From Candidatus Acidiferrales bacterium (GTDB lineage Bacteria > Acidobacteriota > Terriglobia > Acidiferrales > UBA7541), in NCBI GenBank assembly GCA_036008485.1, contig DASYNR010000339.1:1-51643 (forward strand): a DNA stretch of 51,643 nt, in the 5' to 3' direction. Position 1 is the first letter of the stretch. Each line of letters begins with the position of its first letter. The translations under genes and the position numbers were made by a program. Below are positions 28,145-35,798 of this stretch, in pieces. The notes beneath the pieces are model-generated. The model was given only the letters and a program-made list of their open reading frames with translations. It was not told the origin of the DNA and ran no database searches.

Positions 28145-29430
28145 GGATTGGGAAGGAAAGGTCCTGCGGGCACGATTGAAATGTCATCCACCCAGGCTGA
28201 TCCTGCCAGGTTGCTATTGAATCTGACGCTCTTGGGGCGGTAAAGCTCCAGCACAAGCAGATGCTCGTCTGGCGCGGTCGTGAAGTCCGCACTTTGTTTT
28301 TCCCACAGGTGATCGCCCGTGAAATTGTCCAGAACTAATGCAGGTAAAGTTGTTCCCGCGAATGCGATGAAAAAATGAGGGCCGCTTTCGGTTGTAATCC
28401 CCGAGGTGCGGATGTACCCCTCGAAGTGATAGCGGGTACTCGGCTGGACGGTGACGTTCTGATATACGATCTGAAGAGTGGGGTTCTGCTCGCCATCAAA
28501 AGTTAAACGTAGCGCGCGCTTTCCGGAGTGCGGATTTGCGGTATCGTAATCATAGTTTACACCTGTCGTGGGAACCAGATGCCAGTCAAGTCCGCCATTC
28601 GTGGCGTCGTATTCAAAACCGCCATTGAAAACGATTGAACTGCCGATGTTCGCTTCTTCCGGCCTTCCGCTGGCGACGAGCGCTTCACGCCAAACTTGGC
28701 GCGCCTCATCGGTGCGTTTTGCTCCGAGCAGAATTTCTTCCAATGAGAATACTGTCTTGATTGGAATGGTTTCGCCGGCTTTGACCATATATTTCCAGAC
28801 CGCGAGCGCCGGCTCAATCTGATTGTCACTGCTGAACGCTTCCAAAGCCTCCTGTTGTGACTCCACCGAGTTGGGAAGCACATCGTTCAACAGTGCGTCG
28901 GCGTCATGCGTGGCCGGCCACACACGGGAAATCGCAAGAGGGATTAAGCGCGAATCATTTTGCAGCGCAAAATGAATCTCCGCGTAGGCTTGCTTGATTT
29001 CTCCTTGACGCAGCAGAAAGCTTCCGAATCGCCAGTGCGCCTCCGCCGATGCCGGATAATCCTGAAGCGCGGTATGAAACGCTTCTCGCGCCTCCTGGAT
29101 CTGTCCGGCCGACTCATATGCCCCGGCAAGCGCCATCCAATAGTTGGCGGAACGGGGATCAATCGTCACAGCCCGGCGCAGGTAGGTAATGACCTGGCTG
29201 GCATCGGTATCATTCAAGTCCCACTGACGATTGAATCCGAGCTTGTACCAATATTCTCCGTTGCCCGACTCGAGCTGAGCGGCGCGCAACCAATTGGCAG
29301 GCTCAGTGGATTCAGCAAGATGGTCTGCATACCATGCATATCCGCTGGCCACGGACACGGTCAAAAACACAATGGAAGTGAAGGCAAAAATCATCCAGCG
29401 TAGGAAAGGCTTGTCGGAAAGTGCGGTCAT
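28141..29430 (-). CDS. Membrane-anchored TPR protein with a C-terminal carbohydrate-binding-module-like beta-sandwich
   Basis: One N-terminal TM helix. TPR-like repeats (WYKLGFN..., NYWMALAGAYESAGQIQEAREAF, AEAHWRFGSFLLRQGE). The C-terminus FNGGFEYDATNGGLDWHL ... AWVDDISIVP resembles CBM_4_9-type domains. Confidence 0.62.
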   Translation of the reverse strand: MTALSDKPFLRWMIFAFTSIVFLTVSVASGYAWYADHLAESTEPANWLRAAQLESGNGEYWYKLGFNRQWDLNDTDASQVITYLRRAVTIDPRSANYWMALAGAYESAGQIQEAREAFHTALQDYPASAEAHWRFGSFLLRQGEIKQAYAEIHFALQNDSRLIPLAISRVWPATHDADALLNDVLPNSVESQQEALEAFSSDNQIEPALAVWKYMVKAGETIPIKTVFSLEEILLGAKRTDEARQVWREALVASGRPEEANIGSSIVFNGGFEYDATNGGLDWHLVPTTGVNYDYDTANPHSGKRALRLTFDGEQNPTLQIVYQNVTVQPSTRYHFEGYIRTSGITTESGPHFFIAFAGTTLPALVLDNFTGDHLWEKQSADFTTAPDEHLLVLELYRPKSVRFNSNLAGSAWVDDISIVPAGPFLPNP

Positions 29431-29474
29431 GGTCTCATCGGCACAATGCTACAACTCGGCATTTCGCGCAACTG

Positions 29475-30677
29475 CTAACGCCGCTCATCAGATTTAGGCC
29501 GCCGAATACCGTACCGCTTCATGAGCAGAACCGGCCGCAGCCATCGGTGGATTCCGGACATGCCGTCGGGCAACGGCGCGTCCGCGCGATCGTGTTCGGT
29601 CGGCGAGGTGGCCAGCCTCATCGCAAATCGCAAGCCAGCCGAAAAGCTATCACGGCTCGCCACGCGAAACCGGAATCGCGCAAAGATTGGTATCTGTGCA
29701 TGCGCGCTCATTGAGAATCGATCGCAAATTCCGTCGCCGAGCTTTTTCGCGGCCGGATCGCGCGAAATTTTTTTGAGTACGTCGACTGGCAGCGGAGCTT
29801 CCAACACTTGGTAAGCCAAATATAAAGCAAGATTCAGCATGCGGCTTACGCCCATTTCATGCGCGCGAGAAAACGCTTCCGCCCAACGTATCGCGGCCGC
29901 CGCTTGCGACAATTCGGAAATATCCACGATCCACATCAGGCGTTCCCAGAAATGCTTCGCGCCGTGCACGGACAGCAGAATGAGCGTGTCCTCCGGCGAA
30001 AAGGAAAGAGTTTCGCCGCCGGCGAGCGAAACACTGGTCAGATGTTTCTCGATCGCGTCAAAATCCAACTTGCGCGGAAAATATCGAAGCGTCACTTCCG
30101 TCTGCATTTCAACGATTACGTTTCCGGCGGGCCGCACGAACTGATATTCGCTGTGGGTGGGATGCGTACCTTCCTCCGGCGCCATTGTTCCGAAAACTGC
30201 GTTGTACCCATTGGCTTTCAGCAGAGCCGCCGCTTTCGGCAAATCCCTCTGCCGAATCGCGAAATCCAGGTCTGTAAACTGCCGCATCGCCAAATTTCCG
30301 TATGCTTGCGCAGCGAGCAAAGGCCCTTTATAAGGAACGGCGATCATTCCTTCCGCGCGGAAAATGTTTGCGAGCCGGAACATTTCCGCGGTCATGTAAA
30401 GATTCCTTTGCGCGCGCTCTTCGAGTAGGCGGCGCATCTGCGTCTGCCAGTCTGTCGGGATTAGTTCCGCAAAATGTGCGAGAAGCTGGTTGTATACGAG
30501 GGGCGCCACGCCGTGCTCTCTCGCGCCCGTGTCGAGCGCCTGCCAATCAAAGTCGCTGCCGATGAGCGCGCGGATGCGAGCGGCAAGTTCCGCGGACATG
30601 CGCGTGCGCGCGCAAGCCTGCAGAATCTCTCGCTCTGAGTTGGTCGTGGAGGCTAATGATTTGGACGATTGAGACAC
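29475..30677 (-). CDS. Uncharacterised nucleotidyltransferase family protein (NTP_transf_5 / PF14907-like)
   Basis: KGPLLAAQAYGNLAMRQFTDLDFAI (K-G ... R-x-x-x-D-x-D core). The overall helical N-terminus and about 400-aa size are typical of this family. Confidence 0.68.
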   Translation of the reverse strand: MSQSSKSLASTTNSEREILQACARTRMSAELAARIRALIGSDFDWQALDTGAREHGVAPLVYNQLLAHFAELIPTDWQTQMRRLLEERAQRNLYMTAEMFRLANIFRAEGMIAVPYKGPLLAAQAYGNLAMRQFTDLDFAIRQRDLPKAAALLKANGYNAVFGTMAPEEGTHPTHSEYQFVRPAGNVIVEMQTEVTLRYFPRKLDFDAIEKHLTSVSLAGGETLSFSPEDTLILLSVHGAKHFWERLMWIVDISELSQAAAAIRWAEAFSRAHEMGVSRMLNLALYLAYQVLEAPLPVDVLKKISRDPAAKKLGDGICDRFSMSAHAQIPIFARFRFRVASRDSFSAGLRFAMRLATSPTEHDRADAPLPDGMSGIHRWLRPVLLMKRYGIRRPKSDERR

Positions 30678-30854
30678 GGCGGCTTACACTTTGCCGCAAT
30701 TGCCGCACAGCACACAAGTCCGGCTCGATTCAAAATCAGGATTTCGACTGCGTGCGTTGAAACGCGCAAGAAAGCCTCGCAATCGCGAAACCTTACTTGC
30801 GCGTTTCGATTATGGCGATACTAAGAGCTTGTTAGTCCCTGCGGAGCGGACCGT

Positions 30855-31127
30855 TTACGACTTTGTTGCAAGAAGACGCTTGCGGCCCAGAATTCCAAGA
30901 GTGCCGAGAACAACAAGGCCTGCGCCCAATTGAATCAAGGAACTTGGTTCCGGTACGGACGTCGGTTTGTCGCGATCCCAGCAACTGGTGTTGCTTCGCT
31001 CATTTCTGCACGGATCCACCTGCGCGTTTGCCGGTGTGCCGCAAACGAGAAAACCCATGCCGAGAACTAAAGCTGGAAGCGCTGCGACACCAACAATTGA
31101 ACGAATTGTCGTACTTCCCAACTTCAT
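30855..31127 (-). CDS. Mini PEP-CTERM sorting-domain protein (90 aa): Sec signal, about 23-aa two-Cys segment, PEP-CTERM anchor
   Basis: Signal peptide ...GTPANA|QV. C-terminal VPEPSSLIQLGAGLVVLGTLGILGRKR is a PEP motif, a hydrophobic helix and a basic cluster. A strong SD sits upstream (aaGGGGAGGtaaaacATG). Confidence 0.8.
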   Translation of the reverse strand: MKLGSTTIRSIVGVAALPALVLGMGFLVCGTPANAQVDPCRNERSNTSCWDRDKPTSVPEPSSLIQLGAGLVVLGTLGILGRKRLLATKS

Positions 31128-31213
31128 GTTTTACCTCCCCTTTTTCGGTCCCCTCAGCAATCGGAACTGGAAAACAAGGCAGTCGAGCAACTGTCCTGTA
31201 AGCCATCCTGTCG

Positions 31214-31228
31214 ATTGCAATTTGCAAT
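31214..31228. promoter_or_regulatory. Perfect 15-bp palindrome ATTGCAA-T-TTGCAAT about 90 nt upstream of the mini PEP-CTERM gene (candidate operator)
   Basis: Read directly at 31214-31228. It lies in the 306-nt non-coding region upstream of the ATG at 31127. Function is inferred only. Confidence 0.3.
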
Positions 31229-31300
31229 TCTGTGGCCGAAACGATCAACAAAGAAATAGAAGCAGCGATAGTGAAGTTTTCGATTGTTTACAGTGACTTA

Positions 31301-31317
31301 TGCCGGTACCGGACCAA
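31301..31317 (-). promoter_or_regulatory. Weak candidate sigma-54 -24/-12 element (TTGGTCCGGTACCGGCA; GG-N10-GC spacing), overlapping the 10-bp palindrome CCGGTACCGG
   Basis: The minus-strand reading has GG and GC separated by 10 nt. It matches the YTGGCACG-N4-TTGCW consensus only partially. Confidence 0.18.
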
Positions 31318-31433
31318 AATGGGATTCGATTTCCGAGACACGGAGGGCAGAAGTTTTCCTGTTTTTACCCCATTCGCAAGAAAAACAGCGCATAGGCGTG
31401 GCATTCCATAATTGTCAAGCGCTCCGAAGGGAA

Positions 31434-32606
31434 TCACACTTCACGGCTGTACTTTCGTGACAATGCGCCGACGAACTTCATGGCATCGTGCCATCTGATA
31501 AATTTTTCGGGATGTTCAGCCGTGAGTTTTCGGGCAATTTCTTCGAGTGTCGTGTGGCCGTCCATCATTTCCAATATTTTACGGTCCAGAATCCCTTCGC
31601 TGGAGAGCTGCGGAACGTAGGTGGCGGATTGCTTGCGAAGTTGCGGGAGCGAGAACACGGACCCGGTCAACGTTGACTGCGCAAATTTCTCGCGAAAGTT
31701 GCCGTCTCCGCCGGATGACTTCACTTGTGTCGCCCAACGCCAAGCATATTCACTCCCGATAAGTTTCGCTTCGAGTTGAACGCGCACTATGTCGTCCTGC
31801 TTTAATTGCAACGGCTGAATCCATGGAAAGAACACTGAGCCGTAGATTGTCTTCGTCTTTCCGGGAGCGTTGGAGAAGGACACGCCATCAGCGAGATCCG
31901 AATCGAACCAGACAATGAATCCATGCCCCTCGGCATCCCGCTCGACATTCCACGAAAGTTCGCCGCTCACGTCTGGATCTTCAATCGTCGAATAATTCAG
32001 GGTTCCCCAAAGTGCAGGAGCCGACAAAAGTTGATCGCGTTCCGGATGCGTCTGTTGAATTCCATTTACAGCCAATTTACGGCCTGACGCCAGCGGCATG
32101 TCCAAAATGTTGTGTTCCCAAGTATCCACAAGTCGATTGTAGAGAGTTGGCATCTCTACGACTGCCGCCCATAGCGTTTCCTTTCGCGGAATCAGAACTC
32201 CGCCAGGGCGGAGAAAACGCTCACGGGCGTCCACGATCGAGGGAATGTGGCGGCCATACAATGGCAAGGCACCGTGGAGATCCGATATGACGACATCAAC
32301 CTGCGAGGGAAGCGTTACATTCGTGGAGAAATCCTCGATGAATTCAATCCGATTTGCACAAACAGTCCCGTCCGGGCAAGAGTAATGGGCCGCATTCTCT
32401 CGCGCGATTTGAATAATCTCCTCCATTTCAAGTGCAAAAACACCGCTGGCGCCCAGTTGACAGGCGAGAATCGCGAAAATTCCCGGGCCGGTTCCGATAT
32501 CGAGAACAATCGATCCCGGCTTCATAGTTCGGCGAAGGGCCTCCGCATACGAACCGGTTCGCACGCGATCGAAAATAAGATCACCGTAGTCCAAAACGCT
32601 GGGCAT
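31434..32606 (-). CDS. Class I SAM-dependent methyltransferase (PRMT-like) with a C-terminal PqqD/RRE-like winged-helix segment
   Basis: VLDIGTGPGIFAILACQLGASGVFALE (motif I/post-I) plus a PRMT-like beta-barrel-length middle region. C-terminus ILEMMDGHTTLEEIARKLTAEHPEKFIRWHDAMKFVGALSRKY matches the PqqD-family pattern. Start set to the ATG at 32606, preceded by GAGGTG; the track uses TTG at 32621. Confidence 0.7.
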   Translation of the reverse strand: MPSVLDYGDLIFDRVRTGSYAEALRRTMKPGSIVLDIGTGPGIFAILACQLGASGVFALEMEEIIQIARENAAHYSCPDGTVCANRIEFIEDFSTNVTLPSQVDVVISDLHGALPLYGRHIPSIVDARERFLRPGGVLIPRKETLWAAVVEMPTLYNRLVDTWEHNILDMPLASGRKLAVNGIQQTHPERDQLLSAPALWGTLNYSTIEDPDVSGELSWNVERDAEGHGFIVWFDSDLADGVSFSNAPGKTKTIYGSVFFPWIQPLQLKQDDIVRVQLEAKLIGSEYAWRWATQVKSSGGDGNFREKFAQSTLTGSVFSLPQLRKQSATYVPQLSSEGILDRKILEMMDGHTTLEEIARKLTAEHPEKFIRWHDAMKFVGALSRKYSREV

Positions 32607-32778
32607 TCCGCGGCACCTCAACTGAGCAAAAAGGCTAACACGGTTTGAATGATTTCGAGAGCAACGCTGGCGCGCGCGTTAAGAAATGAACTACTTCGTT
32701 GGTTAGAGAAGTTGTATCCTGTTGCCACGCGGAAACAGATTCGAGCGGTTTGTTCTTGAAATGCAAAGAGGCTGCTGA

Positions 32779-34632
32779 GTGCATTCATTTCTGATTCCCC
32801 TCCTCAAGGGACTGATCGCTGTCTTTGCAATATCCGGCACAGGCAAATTGCTTCTAGGGTCTTTCGGTATTCGGAATTTGCCGTGGTACTGGAGAATTGC
32901 GTTCGTGCTGCTGGCGGGTCAGGCTGCCGTGTTCGTCCTTGTTGAAGCTGTATTGCTTTCAGGCACCGGCTCAGCGGCCACACTTCGATTCCTCACCTGG
33001 TTGCTTTTCGGCGTTGCAGTATTTGGTCACGTGTTTTTTCCCCGCGCCGGTGCCGCGAATACGATCGGCGAAATGATCCGCGCCGATAAGCTCATTACAG
33101 CGATTTTATTGCTGGCAGTGCTCACGAATCTTGTTGCCGCGCTCGCGCCTTCCACAAAAATTGACGAGCTTTACTATCACATGTTGACGCCGAAGCGAAT
33201 CGTCGAGGATGGGGGCCTGCGTCTCTATCTGCTTCCGATTGAATCGGCAATCATGCCGCAGATGCACTATCAAATTTCGCTCAGCCTCGCTCATGCGTCT
33301 GGCGCCCCTGACGCTGGAAACGTTCTAAGCTGGGGATATTCCGTGGCACTCTCGCTTTTCATGATGGGTTTCTTGATGGATGCGACGAGAAATCGCCACC
33401 TGTCAGTACTTTGTGGAGCGCTTTGCGGTGTTGGAATCTATGCTACGGTTTGGCATACAACCGGCGCTGCGCATGCGCTCGGTGACCTGGCGACGGTGGT
33501 TGCGTTCGCCGGCGTTCTGCGCCCGGCGAGCTTGTTGGACGCGCTGGGCCATTACCGATACACGTTTTTGTTGACCGCCGTAACAGCACTTGCTGCTTCG
33601 ACTAAACTTTCCCTCGTGCCGCTGTCTCTCGTCGCAAGCGGGTTGATTGTTCTCCAAGTACTTCGTGCGAAAACGCCGAGCACAAAAATATTCAACGTGA
33701 TGGGTCTGGCGCTTCTTCCCTGGATTGTTATTCATCTGCCGCTGATGATCTGGACCTACGCCGCTTCTGGATCCTTCTGGGGGCCCGTCCTTGCAAACGT
33801 GTTCGGCCGCAGCGCGTTCCCGCCAGACATTCTGCGATACATCGCAGATCTTCAAGAGTTCAGCCCGGCTAGTTTTGTTCCCATGGCGCGGTATGCTGTG
33901 GCGGGATTCACACCGGTATTTTTTATTTCCATTCTGTGGATATTGTGGACAGCACTGCGCGGATGCAAGACCAGCCGGCTCGTCGGCGCGTTGCTTTTCT
34001 TACAGGGCGGAATCGTCGCGTGGAAATTTCACTTTGACTTCCGATTTTTGGGCGGACTGGAATTTGTCGCAGTTCTCGCGGCGGCGTTGACTCTCGCAAG
34101 TCCGGCTGAGGCGGACGATCACTCCAGATTTTCTGATGCGTGGACGCGTCTTGGTGCGAAGCTAGTGAGTTGGCGCACATGGATCCTTTTGTTCGCAGCC
34201 ATTCCGTGGCTGGCATTTCAGCTTTACTATGCGCGGCCGTTCGCTGAAGTGGTGAGCGGACTTACACCGCGCAGTGAATTTATGAAACGCTATGTAGCGC
34301 TCAGCAGCGATTTTGAAATTTTGGATGGAATGCTGCCACGCGATGCCGTCATATATATTCCTGACGCGCGCTGGCCGAATTTCTATGCGCCAAGGCCTGT
34401 GGTATTGACTCCGCTGGATCTGCGCGGACGCGCGTCAATATTCCGGCTGGCGATATCCTCGGAACCAAACGCCGAACAGGTTGACGCCATTTCTCCGCTG
34501 AAGTGTGACGAGATGATCTATCGAAACGAAGCGGCAGTAGTCGAAACTTATCGAACACCGGGGGAAGCACCGATTATTGGCGCAATAAAGGTTCAGGCCT
34601 GCCAACTGCAACCATCCGGTGGGGAGCGATAG
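32779..34632 (+). CDS. Large polytopic membrane protein, GT-C-like glycosyltransferase candidate
   Basis: 617 aa with more than 12 TM helices. The first extracytoplasmic loop carries KIDELYYHM, a DE-x-Y-type acidic motif as in ArnT/PMT-type GT-C enzymes. A C-terminal soluble domain of about 150 aa follows. GTG start preceded by AAGAGG. Confidence 0.5.
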   Translation: MHSFLIPLLKGLIAVFAISGTGKLLLGSFGIRNLPWYWRIAFVLLAGQAAVFVLVEAVLLSGTGSAATLRFLTWLLFGVAVFGHVFFPRAGAANTIGEMIRADKLITAILLLAVLTNLVAALAPSTKIDELYYHMLTPKRIVEDGGLRLYLLPIESAIMPQMHYQISLSLAHASGAPDAGNVLSWGYSVALSLFMMGFLMDATRNRHLSVLCGALCGVGIYATVWHTTGAAHALGDLATVVAFAGVLRPASLLDALGHYRYTFLLTAVTALAASTKLSLVPLSLVASGLIVLQVLRAKTPSTKIFNVMGLALLPWIVIHLPLMIWTYAASGSFWGPVLANVFGRSAFPPDILRYIADLQEFSPASFVPMARYAVAGFTPVFFISILWILWTALRGCKTSRLVGALLFLQGGIVAWKFHFDFRFLGGLEFVAVLAAALTLASPAEADDHSRFSDAWTRLGAKLVSWRTWILLFAAIPWLAFQLYYARPFAEVVSGLTPRSEFMKRYVALSSDFEILDGMLPRDAVIYIPDARWPNFYAPRPVVLTPLDLRGRASIFRLAISSEPNAEQVDAISPLKCDEMIYRNEAAVVETYRTPGEAPIIGAIKVQACQLQPSGGER

Positions 34633-34761
34633 AAGAACGCACAGCGCATTTGTTGAATCCAGCCTCAACTGTCTTGCCACCGTTTGGATGAGATTGTACG
34701 ATCGCCGTAGAATGGGAGACGCGGTGCGCGCTGGACTTTTGCGGTAAGATTTAATAGGAGC

Positions 34762-34773
34762 GATTGATCAATC
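34762..34773. promoter_or_regulatory. Perfect 12-bp palindrome GATTGATCAATC about 30 nt upstream of the JmjC gene start (candidate operator)
   Basis: Read directly. Located in the 34633-34804 intergenic region. Confidence 0.25.
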
Positions 34774-34804
34774 CGATCGCAGAAACTTGATACCAAGAGT
34801 TCCG

Positions 34805-35764
34805 ATGGCTTACTTGACTAACTCCGCAGAAACTTGTGCCGCAGTTCCGATCGAACGTGTGGAATGCATGCCACCCGAAATATTCCACCAGCGGTACCTT
34901 ACCGGCAGCGGGAAGCCTGTGGTAGTGACTGATGCGCTGAGCACGTGGCCTGCCCGGTCGAAATGGAATTTCGATTTCTTCAAATCGCGTTACGGTCCAG
35001 AACAAGTTGTCCCTGCGATTTGGCCGGGGGACAAATACCTGAAAGTAATTAAATTGAGTGACTACATCGATTCGCTCGACAACCCGCATCGGCCGACGCC
35101 GGGTTTCTGGATTGATTTGGCGACGAAACTTCCATGCGAGGCGCCGTCGCAACCGCCGGGAATGCCTTTGTACCTTACTGGCTGGAAGGCATTTAATCTG
35201 CACCCCGAATTACTGGAAGACGTCGAACTAAGCCCGAAGTTTGTCGACGATTGGATCCCCCTGCTCCCTGCGCCCTTTCGTAAAGTATTGGAAGAAACCA
35301 CGAAGTATCTTTCGGGAGGATTTCTGATTGGTCCCGCAGGATCGATAGCGGCGCTTCACTTCGACATTCTGCACACTCATGCATATTTGGCGCAAATTGC
35401 CGGCAGAAAGAAGTGCGTTCTTTTTTCCCCGGAGGATTCGGAATATCTCTACGGCGGGAAAGTAGATCCAACTCGGCCAGATTTTGAAAGATTTCCACTT
35501 ATGCGCCGCACCACCCCGTACGAGTGCATTTTGGAGCCGGGCGAACTTTTGTTCATGCCATCGGACTGGTGGCATCACGTGGTGGCGCTCGAGAAATCCA
35601 TCACGGTGGGCTACAATTTTTTCAATCGCGTAAATTTCGCGGCTTACATTCAGGCGATTCTTCAGGATCTGCCAACCGTACTGAACGGACTGGAAAAGTT
35701 TCCGGACGAGAAAGCGTTGCTTGGAATAAATTGGACGAGTAAAGGATTTGATTTTCCCGTCTGA
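34805..35764 (+). CDS. JmjC/cupin_8-family 2-oxoglutarate/Fe(II)-dependent oxygenase (FIH/JMJD-like protein hydroxylase type)
   Basis: FHQRYLTGSGKPVVVTDALSTWPARSKWNFDFFKSRYG (cupin_8 N-terminal signature). Facial triad candidates HFD (ALHFDILH) and WWHHVVAL. Start is ATG at 34805; the track uses TTG at 34787. Confidence 0.8.
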   Translation: MAYLTNSAETCAAVPIERVECMPPEIFHQRYLTGSGKPVVVTDALSTWPARSKWNFDFFKSRYGPEQVVPAIWPGDKYLKVIKLSDYIDSLDNPHRPTPGFWIDLATKLPCEAPSQPPGMPLYLTGWKAFNLHPELLEDVELSPKFVDDWIPLLPAPFRKVLEETTKYLSGGFLIGPAGSIAALHFDILHTHAYLAQIAGRKKCVLFSPEDSEYLYGGKVDPTRPDFERFPLMRRTTPYECILEPGELLFMPSDWWHHVVALEKSITVGYNFFNRVNFAAYIQAILQDLPTVLNGLEKFPDEKALLGINWTSKGFDFPV

Positions 35765-35798
35765 CAAAACACAACCTTCCGAATTGCAGCTAAACTCA

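Noticed and set aside
30678-30854. Possible terminator hairpins after the mini PEP-CTERM gene (CGAAAC...GTTTCG; GCGCAAG...CTTGCGC)
   Set aside because: The stems are short or enclose very large loops and no U-tract follows, so they are not convincing enough to annotate.
30855-31127. Mini PEP-CTERM protein as the direct lasso precursor (for example G30...D38 would give a G1-D9 ring)
   Set aside because: There is no Thr at -2. The would-be core would carry a tail of more than 50 residues that includes a transmembrane anchor. The protein also has a Sec signal, whereas lasso maturation is cytoplasmic. It is kept only as a possible substrate of the other tailoring enzymes.
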